A stretch of DNA of 64,000 nt from an uncultured Bacteroides sp. (GTDB lineage Bacteria; Bacteroidota; Bacteroidia; Bacteroidales; Muribaculaceae): NCBI GenBank assembly GCA_964528425.1, contig CAZGTD010000006.1, positions 7,915-71,914 on the forward strand, read 5' to 3'. Shown piece by piece: positions 25,001 through 32,078 of the stretch. The notes under the pieces are model-generated. The model had not been told where the DNA came from. It saw only the letters and a list, made by a program, of their open reading frames with translations, and made no database searches. The translations under genes were made by a program, and so were the position numbers. How positions within the stretch are numbered: position 1 is the first letter of the stretch; each line of letters starts with the position of its first letter.

Positions 25001-27018
25001 CAGCTGGAGAAAGCCGCTTCGCCTATCGAGGTCACGCCGTCGGGGATTGTGAGTGAGCTAAGGCCTCTGCAGCCGTAGAAAGCATAACTGGGGATGGTTT
25101 TTACACACTCTCCAATTTTAAGTAACTTAATGTTAGGCGGGAACGCAGAAGAATTGGATGAGCCGCATGAGCTGCAGTTTTCGGCGTTGAAAATCACCTC
25201 AGTAAGGCCGGTGCAGTCTTTGAAAGCAGAAACGCCAATAGAAGTTACAGAGTTGGGAATTGTGATCGATGTCGGGCCGGTGCAGCCTCTGAAAGCGTAG
25301 CTGCCGATAGAGGAGACGGAGTTACCGATTACGAGCGTAGTCAGTCCGCTGCAGCCTTCGAATGCCGAACTGCCGATTGTGTTTACGGAGTTGGGAAAGG
25401 TAAGCGAGGTTAGGTTTTTACACCCTTTGAATGCATAACTGGGGATAGTTTTTACGTTCTCACCAATTGTGAGCGACTTAATGTTAGATGTGAATCCAGG
25501 AGAATTGTATGATCCGCAAGAGGTGCAGTTTTCAGCATTAAATATTATATCCGTCAAGCTGGTGCAGTCTTCGAAGGCATAACTCGGCATAGTAGTTACA
25601 CTCTCACCAATTGTAAGCGATTTAATGTTATATGGAAATGCCGGATAATTGTATGATCCGCATGAGGTGCAGTTTTCAGCGTTGAATATCACCTCAGTCA
25701 GGCCGCTGCAGTTGGAGAAAGCAAAGCCTCCGATAGAGGTCACAGATCTGCCGATAGTGAGCGATTTCAGGCCGCTGCATCCTTTGAAAGCAGATTCTCC
25801 GATTTCGGTTACGGAGTTGGGGATTGTGATCGATGTTATGCCGCTGCAATTGTAGAAAGCAGATTCGCCGATAAATGTAACGGAGTTGCCGATGGTGACC
25901 GAGGTCAGGCCGGTGCAATTGTAGAAAGTATAGTTGCCGATAGATGCAACCGAATTGCCGATAGTGAGCGAATTCAGGCGGCTACAGCCGGAGAAAGCAT
26001 AGCTGCCAATTCTGTTTACGGAATTGGGGATTGTGAGCGACTTCAGGCCGCTGCAACCGTAGAAAGCAAATTCTCCGATTTCGATCACGGAGGTTGGAAT
26101 GTCGACCGAAGTCAAACCGCTGCAACCGGAGAAAGCCGTGTTGCCGATTGTGGTAACTGATTCCGGGATAACGTAATCTCCTTCAATACTCACAGGGGCA
26201 AAGTAGATAGCTGTCTTTCCTTGGCTATAAATCCAGCCGTCTTCAAATATTGCGTCATAAGGGTTATAGGATATGACTACATCGCTCGGAGATTTATTTA
26301 GAGTATTAGGGTACGCAGCTTTTATCAAGTTAGGGCAGTTAGAGAAAGTGCTATAGTCGATAGAGGTAACAGATTTTCCGATGATAACAGCTTTAAGTGT
26401 TTTGTTACCATAAAAAGGAGAATAACCATAATGTCTGGATGTATCGTAGCTTAAATTTCGGCCCAGATAGATTGTTTCCAGCCCACATTCATAAAACAAA
26501 CCTTTACCTATATCTGAGCCATAACAGCGGTAACCAAGGCTGAGTGTATTGTAGCCATCTTCGATAACGAGGTCATTGAGGCTGCGGCAGTAATTGAAAG
26601 CATAGTTGCCGATAGAGGTCACGGAGCTGGGGATTGTGAGCGACGTCAATGAGGAACAGCTGGCGAAAGCAAATTCGCCTATCGAGGTCACAGACCTGCC
26701 GATTGTGAGCGAAGTTAGGCTGCTGCAGTCGTAGAAAGCACCGTAGCCGATAGAGGTCACTGAGTTGGGAATGGCTACCGATGTCAAGCTGCTGCACTTA
26801 TCGAAAGCCATGTCGCCGATAGCAGACACGCGATAAGTTGTGCCATTATATGTGACAGATTCGGGAATGACGATGTCTCCTGAATAGGAGCCAGAGGTAA
26901 CCGCGCATGTGCTGTTGGTTAGTGTTTCGTAGCATATGCCGCCGACTTCGAAGCCATAGGCATATATGGGCAGCGTGGCGAGCGCTGCCAAAAGCAAAAA
27001 AAGTAATCGCTTTTTCAT
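22027..27018 (-). CDS. BspA-type leucine-rich-repeat surface protein with Big_2 domain and T9SS C-terminal sorting domain
   Basis: 1663 aa with signal peptide MKKRLLFLLLAALATLPIYA. Dozens of about 23-aa units follow the pattern IPNSVTSIGxxAFxGCSGLTSLTI. An Ig-like segment reads LTLETGATFQLEAEVLPADATDKRIHWSSANPQIVSI. The C-terminus is ...VYDLRGIMVGNTIEGLPHGIYIIKTTDKTAKIAI. Confidence 0.85.
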   Translation of the reverse strand: MKKRLLFLLLAALATLPIYAYGFEVGGICYETLTNSTCAVTSGSYSGDIVIPESVTYNGTTYRVSAIGDMAFDKCSSLTSVAIPNSVTSIGYGAFYDCSSLTSLTIGRSVTSIGEFAFASCSSLTSLTIPSSVTSIGNYAFNYCRSLNDLVIEDGYNTLSLGYRCYGSDIGKGLFYECGLETIYLGRNLSYDTSRHYGYSPFYGNKTLKAVIIGKSVTSIDYSTFSNCPNLIKAAYPNTLNKSPSDVVISYNPYDAIFEDGWIYSQGKTAIYFAPVSIEGDYVIPESVTTIGNTAFSGCSGLTSVDIPTSVIEIGEFAFYGCSGLKSLTIPNSVNRIGSYAFSGCSRLNSLTIGNSVASIGNYTFYNCTGLTSVTIGNSVTFIGESAFYNCSGITSITIPNSVTEIGESAFKGCSGLKSLTIGRSVTSIGGFAFSNCSGLTEVIFNAENCTSCGSYNYPAFPYNIKSLTIGESVTTMPSYAFEDCTSLTDIIFNAENCTSCGSYNSPGFTSNIKSLTIGENVKTIPSYAFKGCKNLTSLTFPNSVNTIGSSAFEGCSGLTTLVIGNSVSSIGSYAFRGCTGPTSITIPNSVTSIGVSAFKDCTGLTEVIFNAENCSSCGSSNSSAFPPNIKLLKIGECVKTIPSYAFYGCRGLSSLTIPDGVTSIGEAAFSSCSGLTSLSIPNSVTSISNSAFSGCSGLTSLSIPNSLAEIGESTFNGCSRLTSLTIPNSVTTIGSSAFNGCSGLTSLTIPNSVTEIGESAFKGCSSLTSISIPNSVTSIGGYSFGGCSGLTSLTIPSSVTSIGDCAFRNCSGLTSLTIPSSVTSVGGSAFGDCISLAGITIEDGTTILECGAPGEVSIRHSTTLPDWTSTNHSNSSTSQKEYNFSVVAGDELTFNYAVDSESGYDKLIVKINGETVLTESGKKSGSYSKVFSAAEDVTLNLSYTKDGSTSSGADCASVTDIRVSAASPFDNCPVETLYLGRNLSYSIPPFHSNTYLKYITISDYVTSIGGYAFYGCSGLNRITIPNSVTSIGESAFANCSGLTMVTMGDYVEAVGSNAFSGCSSLAKVKTGNANAWARINFETAEANPLCNTSAKLYIGDDSELASSVVIEGAKPVGTYAFAGASFLEQVRVKDGAPVGAGAFANCSNLQRIALNTPSLGSAAFSGCEALETIYSETTAAPEADDDAFTKYDGVNLYVPRKCIAAYEDAPGCWWRFVNLSAKDMNDLDEIFTPSYINNEIAEIIPVAEINLSKTKLTLETGATFQLEAEVLPADATDKRIHWSSANPQIVSISNSGLLTAIAEGSATVTATSADGKVTASCTVAVIAEAPEPIEPGTPLTLYRIHNKHHAGKYLTIDDDKMLIAADLDESNPQQLFRIETVGDKVTLAAQGTYIAEAHHTQEIQNGTSDTEPGLFYIVRNGNEIAFDQEMPNGGTFVGGSRALSVPNIDNAHVTTWATGTAYSWWYLEEVSSITLNDLAYSNGSYFGNITMPFAFGTDAEVYTGQINGNKLDLSEVDHDYVAAGTPVIIKSTSPEVTLSILKDATEELTTLSSDNHLRGNLFAADAPESAHAFCVLPDTRRPAFAANCRAIGRNESYIHSSMTDHNEVLLNINGTVSIDELSVDGNMQVYDLRGIMVGNTIEGLPHGIYIIKTTDKTAKIAI
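23750..26850 (-). repeat. In-frame tandem repeat array of about 69 nt units coding the LRR units (boundaries approximate)
   Basis: Recurrent near-identical DNA strings such as ggagttggggat(t/a)gtgag and gtcaggccgctgcagcc occur at roughly 69-nt spacing. Confidence 0.8.
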
Positions 27019-27050
27019 TGTGTAGATGTGATTATTTAATAGTTATTGAT

Positions 27051-28214
27051 TTATTTGTTGATTGTTCCTATTCCTACGAGTTTGGTTTCGGGGTGTTCGT
27101 TAACCACGATAACCTCGGCATCCGATTTTGTCAAATTACTTACAATTTTTTTGCTTGGGTGGTGGAATTGATTATATCTGCCGGCGCTAATAACACATAT
27201 AGGGTTTTTGAACTCACCGACTTTTGTTGATAAGATTAGGTCGCCATGGCTCGATTCCGCTCCATGGTGGGGAACTTGCATCACTCCAATCTGAGCTATG
27301 CGGTCGGCACCAAGTATATTATAGAACTTATCGAGCCATTTGTCATCAACCGTAATGTCGCCGAAATATGCACATCCGGTAGGGTAATATTCATAACCGG
27401 CATAAATCGATGTGGGTCTTTGAGGATTCCATAAACTATCCTCTACTTTTCTATAATAACTGAAATCATGGATTCGGCCCAAAATATTGGAATAGACAAT
27501 AAGCGAATGCTCATTTTTCGGTTTCAGGTTATTATAGACTTCTGTTATATCGTCGAAGTGATCGCGTATATAGCGCTTAATGTTCTCAGGCTGAAGTTCG
27601 TTTAAGTCCAATCCCTTTTCGTTTAGTTCATTCTTGAACTTATAAAAAAACCTTTTAAGATTCGGGAAGAACACGATGTATTCCATTAAAGGTCTTTTGT
27701 GACTTTTATGAAGGGGAAAATAAATTATTGATCCGCTTTGCAATTCTATAGTCTGCGAGCCCGATTCCCGGATGTCCAAATTAAGATGTTGGGGCAATTC
27801 TTGGTTTGGTTCTTCCGAATCCGGATGAATCAGAATTATGCGAGGTTTGTTAGGAAATAAGTCCTGAATATTTTGATACGTTTTGTAATCAAAATGATCT
27901 TCACAGACATTAAGTATGTTAGCCTCCTCTTCGGAAATGAACGGAATAACGACAGTCTTAGGCTCTAAAAAACGAATGCAGTTGATATGATCGCGGTCGA
28001 AGTGCGAAATAAAAAGCAAATCAACCTGTCCTTTATTCAGTTCAGAATAAATGAGATGGCGGATTTCATATTGACTACCCAAAGTAATAGAGCCGCAGTC
28101 ATACACGGCTCGGAAAAGCCGCTGGTAGCTGTCGGGGGTTTGTTGGTAAACCTCCGCGGCATAAAAAGCTCCCTGTCCGACCGGGTAGAAGGTGCGCTTG
28201 AAGAGCAGATTCAT
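27051..28214 (-). CDS. ComEC-like metallo-beta-lactamase-fold hydrolase, orphan, low GC
   Basis: 387 aa from the ATG at 28214 (MNLLFKRTFYPVGQGAFY). The degenerate MBL motif ISHFDRDHINC, a later VPHHGAESS and HHPSKKIV parallel the ComEC MBL domain (DVGQG / HxDxDH / PHHGS). Sampled lines are 37-43% GC. Confidence 0.6.
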   Translation of the reverse strand: MNLLFKRTFYPVGQGAFYAAEVYQQTPDSYQRLFRAVYDCGSITLGSQYEIRHLIYSELNKGQVDLLFISHFDRDHINCIRFLEPKTVVIPFISEEEANILNVCEDHFDYKTYQNIQDLFPNKPRIILIHPDSEEPNQELPQHLNLDIRESGSQTIELQSGSIIYFPLHKSHKRPLMEYIVFFPNLKRFFYKFKNELNEKGLDLNELQPENIKRYIRDHFDDITEVYNNLKPKNEHSLIVYSNILGRIHDFSYYRKVEDSLWNPQRPTSIYAGYEYYPTGCAYFGDITVDDKWLDKFYNILGADRIAQIGVMQVPHHGAESSHGDLILSTKVGEFKNPICVISAGRYNQFHHPSKKIVSNLTKSDAEVIVVNEHPETKLVGIGTINK

Positions 28215-28477
28215 TGGCTTCAACAGTGCCGCGGGGTCCACTTCGTTGGCTGATAGATATATAGCTAAAGAAAAAGCGCGAGGACCTTATCTTTCTGTCC
28301 GCTCTGCGCATTGAGGCCCTGGAATTGCCCATCACAATAGAACGAACAGAGCAGATGCCTCACGCGAGATTACATATGTGTAACCACATAAGGCGTCTAT
28401 CTCTGTCTCATTCTTGATTGTGATTTGAAATTTTCCAGGTTTCAATGCATCAAGAACGAGCGTTGGATAAACGCTTT

Positions 28478-28485
28478 CAAAAATA
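28478..28485 (-). promoter_or_regulatory. Candidate -7 box (TATTTTTG on the minus strand)
   Basis: CAAAAATA on the plus strand, about 265 nt upstream of the MBL ATG. Confidence 0.3.
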
Positions 28486-28546
28486 TGTCGTTGTCAGTCC
28501 CTCCCTCAAAGCCCGCGACCGGGCATCTGCAGGCGGTCTGACGCGG

Positions 28547-28554
28547 CAAAGATA
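28547..28554 (-). promoter_or_regulatory. Candidate -7 box (TATCTTTG on the minus strand)
   Basis: CAAAGATA on the plus strand, about 330 nt upstream of the MBL ATG. Confidence 0.3.
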
Positions 28555-28560
28555 CGGAAA

Positions 28561-28596
28561 TAATTAGTAATTAGCAAATAGTAATTAGTAATTTTG
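28561..28596. repeat. AT-rich low-complexity block (taattagtaattagcaa...)
   Basis: The 17-mer taattagtaattagcaa recurs exactly, in inverted orientation, inside 9411-9443. Confidence 0.7.
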
Positions 28597-28599
28597 TGG

Positions 28600-28640
28600 G
28601 AATTGGGAAGTGAGGTGTGAGCTTGCGGGGGCGACGGCGG
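28600..28640. repeat. 41-nt direct repeat, copy C of the intergenic repeat family
   Basis: gaattgggaagtgaggtgtgaGcttgcgggggcgacggcgg is identical at 40 of 41 positions to 21828-21868, in the same orientation. Here the hairpin is truncated after ggcgg. Confidence 0.85.
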
Positions 28641-28670
28641 CCGCAATTCTTAATTCTCAATTTTTTTTTG

Positions 28671-28678
28671 TAACTTTG
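28671..28678 (+). promoter_or_regulatory. -7 promoter box TAACTTTG
   Basis: Preceded by a T9 run and located 18 nt upstream of the ribBA ATG. Confidence 0.6.
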
Positions 28679-28696
28679 CGGAAAATTATATTGAAT

Positions 28697-29920
28697 ATGA
28701 GCAATAACGCCGAAAATATACGTCTGGACTCGATTGAGGATGCAATCGAGGATTTCCGCCAGGGAAAGTTCGTTATCGTAGTCGACGACGAGGATCGAGA
28801 GAATGAGGGCGACCTGATAGTCGCGGCTGAGAAAATCACGCCCGACCAGGTGAACTTTATGTTGAAAAATGCCCGCGGAGTGCTGTGTGTGCCAATCACC
28901 AAGTCGCGCGCCGCGGAGCTGGGCCTTGAGCGTCAGGTCGACGATAATACGTCGGTGCTCGGCACGCCCTTTACCGTTACCGTCGACAAGCTCGAGGGCT
29001 GCTCCACCGGAGTTTCCATTCACGACCGCTGCGCTACCATCCGCGCCCTTGCCGACCCGGCGTCAACGCCCGAAACCTTCGGGCGCCCGGGCCACATAAA
29101 TCCGCTGTATGCCCAGGATTACGGCGTTTTGCAACGTACCGGCCACACTGAGGCGGGCGTTGACCTTGCGCGCCTTGCGGGTCTTCAGCCGGCCGCGGCG
29201 CTGATGGAGATCATGAGCGACGACGGCTCGATGATGCGCCTGCCCGAGCTGCGCAAAAAGGCCGACGAGTGGGGCATGAAGCTGATTTCGATCGCCGACC
29301 TGGTTGCCTATCGCAACCGCACCGAATCGCTCATAGAGCAGGGCGTTGAAGTGGACCTGCCCACCGCGTGGGGCCACTTCCGCGCAATTCCCTTCCGCCA
29401 GAAGAGCAACGGGCTGGAGCATATTGCCCTGGTTAAGGGCGACTTGAAAGGAAGCGACGAGCCGGCGCTGGTAAGGGTTCACTCATCGTGTGCCACCGGC
29501 GACATTTTTTCGAGCTGCCGCTGCGACTGCGGCGAGCAACTCCATCGGGCAATGCAGGCCGTTGAAAAAGAGGGGCGCGGCGCAATTGTTTATCTGATGC
29601 AGGAGGGCCGCGGAATCGGTCTGATGGAGAAGATGAAAGCCTATAAGCTCCAGGAGGAGGGCATGGACACGGTCGATGCCAACATCTGCCTGGGCCATAA
29701 GGCCGATGAGCGCGACTATGGCGTCGGTGCTCAAATTCTCCGCGCCATAGGCGTTAGCCGCATGAGGCTTATGAGCAATAATCCCACAAAGCGCGTGGGG
29801 CTTCAGGGTTACGGCCTGGAAATTGTAGAGACAGTGCCCATAGAAGTGGCTCCCAACGAATATAACGAGCGCTATCTGCGCACCAAGCGCACGCGCATGG
29901 GCCATAACCTTCATTTATGA
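28697..29920 (+). CDS. ribBA: Bifunctional 3,4-dihydroxy-2-butanone-4-phosphate synthase / GTP cyclohydrolase II
   Basis: 407 aa from the ATG at 28697 ([40 protein letters not shown]...). The C-terminal half carries the cyclohydrolase II cysteines ([15 protein letters not shown]). The ORF-track start at 28610 crosses the promoter and repeat and is rejected. Confidence 0.9.
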   Translation: MSNNAENIRLDSIEDAIEDFRQGKFVIVVDDEDRENEGDLIVAAEKITPDQVNFMLKNARGVLCVPITKSRAAELGLERQVDDNTSVLGTPFTVTVDKLEGCSTGVSIHDRCATIRALADPASTPETFGRPGHINPLYAQDYGVLQRTGHTEAGVDLARLAGLQPAAALMEIMSDDGSMMRLPELRKKADEWGMKLISIADLVAYRNRTESLIEQGVEVDLPTAWGHFRAIPFRQKSNGLEHIALVKGDLKGSDEPALVRVHSSCATGDIFSSCRCDCGEQLHRAMQAVEKEGRGAIVYLMQEGRGIGLMEKMKAYKLQEEGMDTVDANICLGHKADERDYGVGAQILRAIGVSRMRLMSNNPTKRVGLQGYGLEIVETVPIEVAPNEYNERYLRTKRTRMGHNLHL

Positions 29921-30570
29921 TCGAGGCCCGCAACATACGGAAGACCTTTGACCGCCTTGAGGTTCTGCGCGGAGTTTCGCTCAGGGTCGAGGACTCTGAG
30001 GTGGTTGCCATAGTCGGCCCTTCGGGGGCCGGCAAAACAACACTGCTGCAGATTATGGGCTCGCTTGAACGGCCCGACAGCGGCGAGATGCTCTATGACG
30101 GAGTTGATATTTTCGGATTTTCAGCCAAAAAACTGTCAGAGTTCCGCAACCGGAAAATCGGCTTCGTTTTTCAGCTCCATAACCTGCTGCCTGAATTCTC
30201 GCTCGAAGAAAACGTTGCGCTGCCCGCCCTGATTGGCGGCGAGCGCCGCAGCCAGGCCATGGCCCGCGCACGCGAGCTGCTCGACTACATGGGCCTGGGC
30301 AACCGGCTCAGCCACCGGCCGGCACAACTTTCGGGGGGCGAGCGCCAGCGCGGTGCTGTTGCGCGCGCGCTGATTAACCGGCCTTCGGTCGTTTTGGCCG
30401 ACGAGCCTTCGGGGTCGCTCGACTCCGCCAACCGCAACGAGCTGCATCAGCTCTTTTTTAATCTGCGTCGCGACCGCGGCCAGAGCTTCGTTATTGTTAC
30501 CCACGACCTTGAACTTGCCGCTGCCGCCGACCGCCAGATCCGGCTGCGCGACGGCCAACTCGATATCTGA
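29917..30570 (+). CDS. ABC transporter ATP-binding protein, LolD/MacB-like
   Basis: 217 aa with Walker [10 protein letters not shown], signature LSGGERQR and Walker [13 protein letters not shown]. Its start forms an ATGA overlap with the ribBA stop. Confidence 0.85.
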   Translation: MIEARNIRKTFDRLEVLRGVSLRVEDSEVVAIVGPSGAGKTTLLQIMGSLERPDSGEMLYDGVDIFGFSAKKLSEFRNRKIGFVFQLHNLLPEFSLEENVALPALIGGERRSQAMARARELLDYMGLGNRLSHRPAQLSGGERQRGAVARALINRPSVVLADEPSGSLDSANRNELHQLFFNLRRDRGQSFVIVTHDLELAAAADRQIRLRDGQLDI

Positions 30571-32078
30571 TGAAAAAACATTTCGCTCCGGCCATTCTGT
30601 TTGTCATGCTCTTCGTGGCATACATGACTCTGTATCGCCACGTTATAATTTATCATGAGCAGCATCATCTTTTCCGCTTTTCCATCGACTATATCCGCGA
30701 GCTCGCCCACCAGAAGGGCTGGACGGCTCCCGCCATGGCTTTCGTTGCGCAATTCGGCTATTATCCATGGCTTGGCTCGCTGATATATTCGGCCCTGCTC
30801 ACCGGAGTTTACTGCATGACCCGCTCGGTTCTGCGCCGCCAGGCGGGGTGGGCCGACACTTTGCAGCTTTCGGCCCTGCTGCCTATGTGGACTTTCTTTA
30901 CTACGGTCGATATTGACGGTTCGCTGAAGACGCTGGTTATTGTGTTTTGCTCTGCAGTGGCCGTTTATATAGTGTCGCGGTTGCTGCCGGCGCGCAAAGC
31001 CGTCAGGGAGCTCCCATGGAAGTGGCTCCCCTGGGTGTCTCCTCTGATTTTCGGAGCTATTTTCGGCGGATTCTACTACCGGTCGTTTCGCCCGATAACA
31101 ATGACTCTACCGAACGGCCAGGAGAGAACCTACACGCGCGATGAGGTTAAGATTCAGAAAATAAACGAGAAGCTGATGATTAAGGCCGCTCAGGCCGTTC
31201 GTGCCGCCGATTGGGATGAAGTAATCAAACTCTCTAACGAGCAGGCCGGAACCGGAATCAAAAACCATTTGATGAGCTATTTCCGGGGCATGGCCTTATA
31301 TCATCGCGGCGAATTGCTCGACCATCTTTTTGACGTTCCGCCGGGCCACGGGCCGCGGTCGCTCTTTTTCCCCTGGAAAGCCGAACGAAACCGCGCTGAG
31401 TTCGGCGGGTTCATCTATGAGCAGCTCGGTGCGCTCAATGCCGCTACCCACTGGGAGTTTGAAGCGATGGTTGGCTGGGGCGAAACGGCCTATCACCTGA
31501 TAAATCTTTCGCGCTATCTGATAGAAAGCGGAAAGCCGCAGCAGGCCCAAAAGTTCATCGCGCCGCTGGAGCAGACGCTTTTTTATCGCGGCGTTGCGCG
31601 ACAACTTGAGCGCGATGCCGCCGCCGGCCATGTTGAGGGGCTGCACAATGCTTTTGCCGACTTCGACGAGGCCAATGCCCCGATTCGATTCGACAATATT
31701 GAAAACATTGCCGCCGACTGCAAGTATATTCTTCAGCATGACCCCGACAACGAAATGGCCCGCCAATATATGATGGTAACCTTTCTGCTGGCCAATAACC
31801 TGGGCATTTTCTACGATAATTTAAAGGAATTTTATCAGCCCGGCCAGCAGCTGCCGCGACTTTATGAGGAGGCCTTGTGTCTGGCCGGTCTGAACTATGG
31901 TGCCGAGCAGCTGGCTGCCGACGGCTTTCCGATTTCGCCCGAGGTCGATGCCGCCTTCCGCGCATTTATGGCCGAAAAGGGCAAAAATCAATTCGCCAAT
32001 TTCTCGCCCGAGCAGCGGCGCACCTATTGGTACTATGTTCTCTATCTCTCGCCCTATGGCAATAAACTGAATTTCTGA
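30570..32078 (+). CDS. Polytopic membrane protein with TPR-like soluble C-terminal half (possibly DUF6057-like)
   Basis: 502 aa with about 6 N-terminal TM helices followed by a helical soluble region. It has a 1-nt TGATG overlap with the ABC ATPase gene. The family name comes from memory only. Confidence 0.45.
   Translation: MKKHFAPAILFVMLFVAYMTLYRHVIIYHEQHHLFRFSIDYIRELAHQKGWTAPAMAFVAQFGYYPWLGSLIYSALLTGVYCMTRSVLRRQAGWADTLQLSALLPMWTFFTTVDIDGSLKTLVIVFCSAVAVYIVSRLLPARKAVRELPWKWLPWVSPLIFGAIFGGFYYRSFRPITMTLPNGQERTYTRDEVKIQKINEKLMIKAAQAVRAADWDEVIKLSNEQAGTGIKNHLMSYFRGMALYHRGELLDHLFDVPPGHGPRSLFFPWKAERNRAEFGGFIYEQLGALNAATHWEFEAMVGWGETAYHLINLSRYLIESGKPQQAQKFIAPLEQTLFYRGVARQLERDAAAGHVEGLHNAFADFDEANAPIRFDNIENIAADCKYILQHDPDNEMARQYMMVTFLLANNLGIFYDNLKEFYQPGQQLPRLYEEALCLAGLNYGAEQLAADGFPISPEVDAAFRAFMAEKGKNQFANFSPEQRRTYWYYVLYLSPYGNKLNF

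Noticed and set aside
22027-27018. Diversity-generating retroelement targeting the repetitive LRR gene
   Set aside because: There is no reverse transcriptase gene and no template repeat copy outside the gene within this window. The repeats are in-frame structural LRR units.
27019-27050. Independent promoter for the LRR gene
   Set aside because: There is no TAnnTTTG match on the minus strand in the 32-nt gap, so co-transcription with the MBL gene is the simpler reading. A promoter inside the MBL 3' end cannot be excluded.
28099-28335. 78-aa minus-strand ORF overlapping the MBL gene start, and a 39-codon plus-strand ORF at 28445-28564
   Set aside because: They have no recognisable motifs, a basic low-complexity composition, and overlap a better-supported gene or lie in structured non-coding DNA. 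I treat them as non-coding.
28380-28696. FMN (RFN) riboswitch expected upstream of ribBA
   Set aside because: Only a short string (agcccgcgacc) resembles the RFN core. The conserved GGGCAGGGTGAAATTCCC and GCCGACAGT..AGTCTGGATG segments are absent on both strands. The ribBA -7 box is only 18 nt from the ATG, leaving no room for an aptamer.
28610-28696. N-terminal extension of the ribBA ORF. Similar extensions occur for thyA (43710), GH20 paralog 1 (50833), hipT (17233), hipB (17723), tlpA (60565), lgt (61686) and the MBL gene (28241).
   Set aside because: The extensions use non-ATG starts, or they cross promoter boxes, repeats or the upstream gene. Conserved protein N-termini begin at the internal ATGs used in the feature list.
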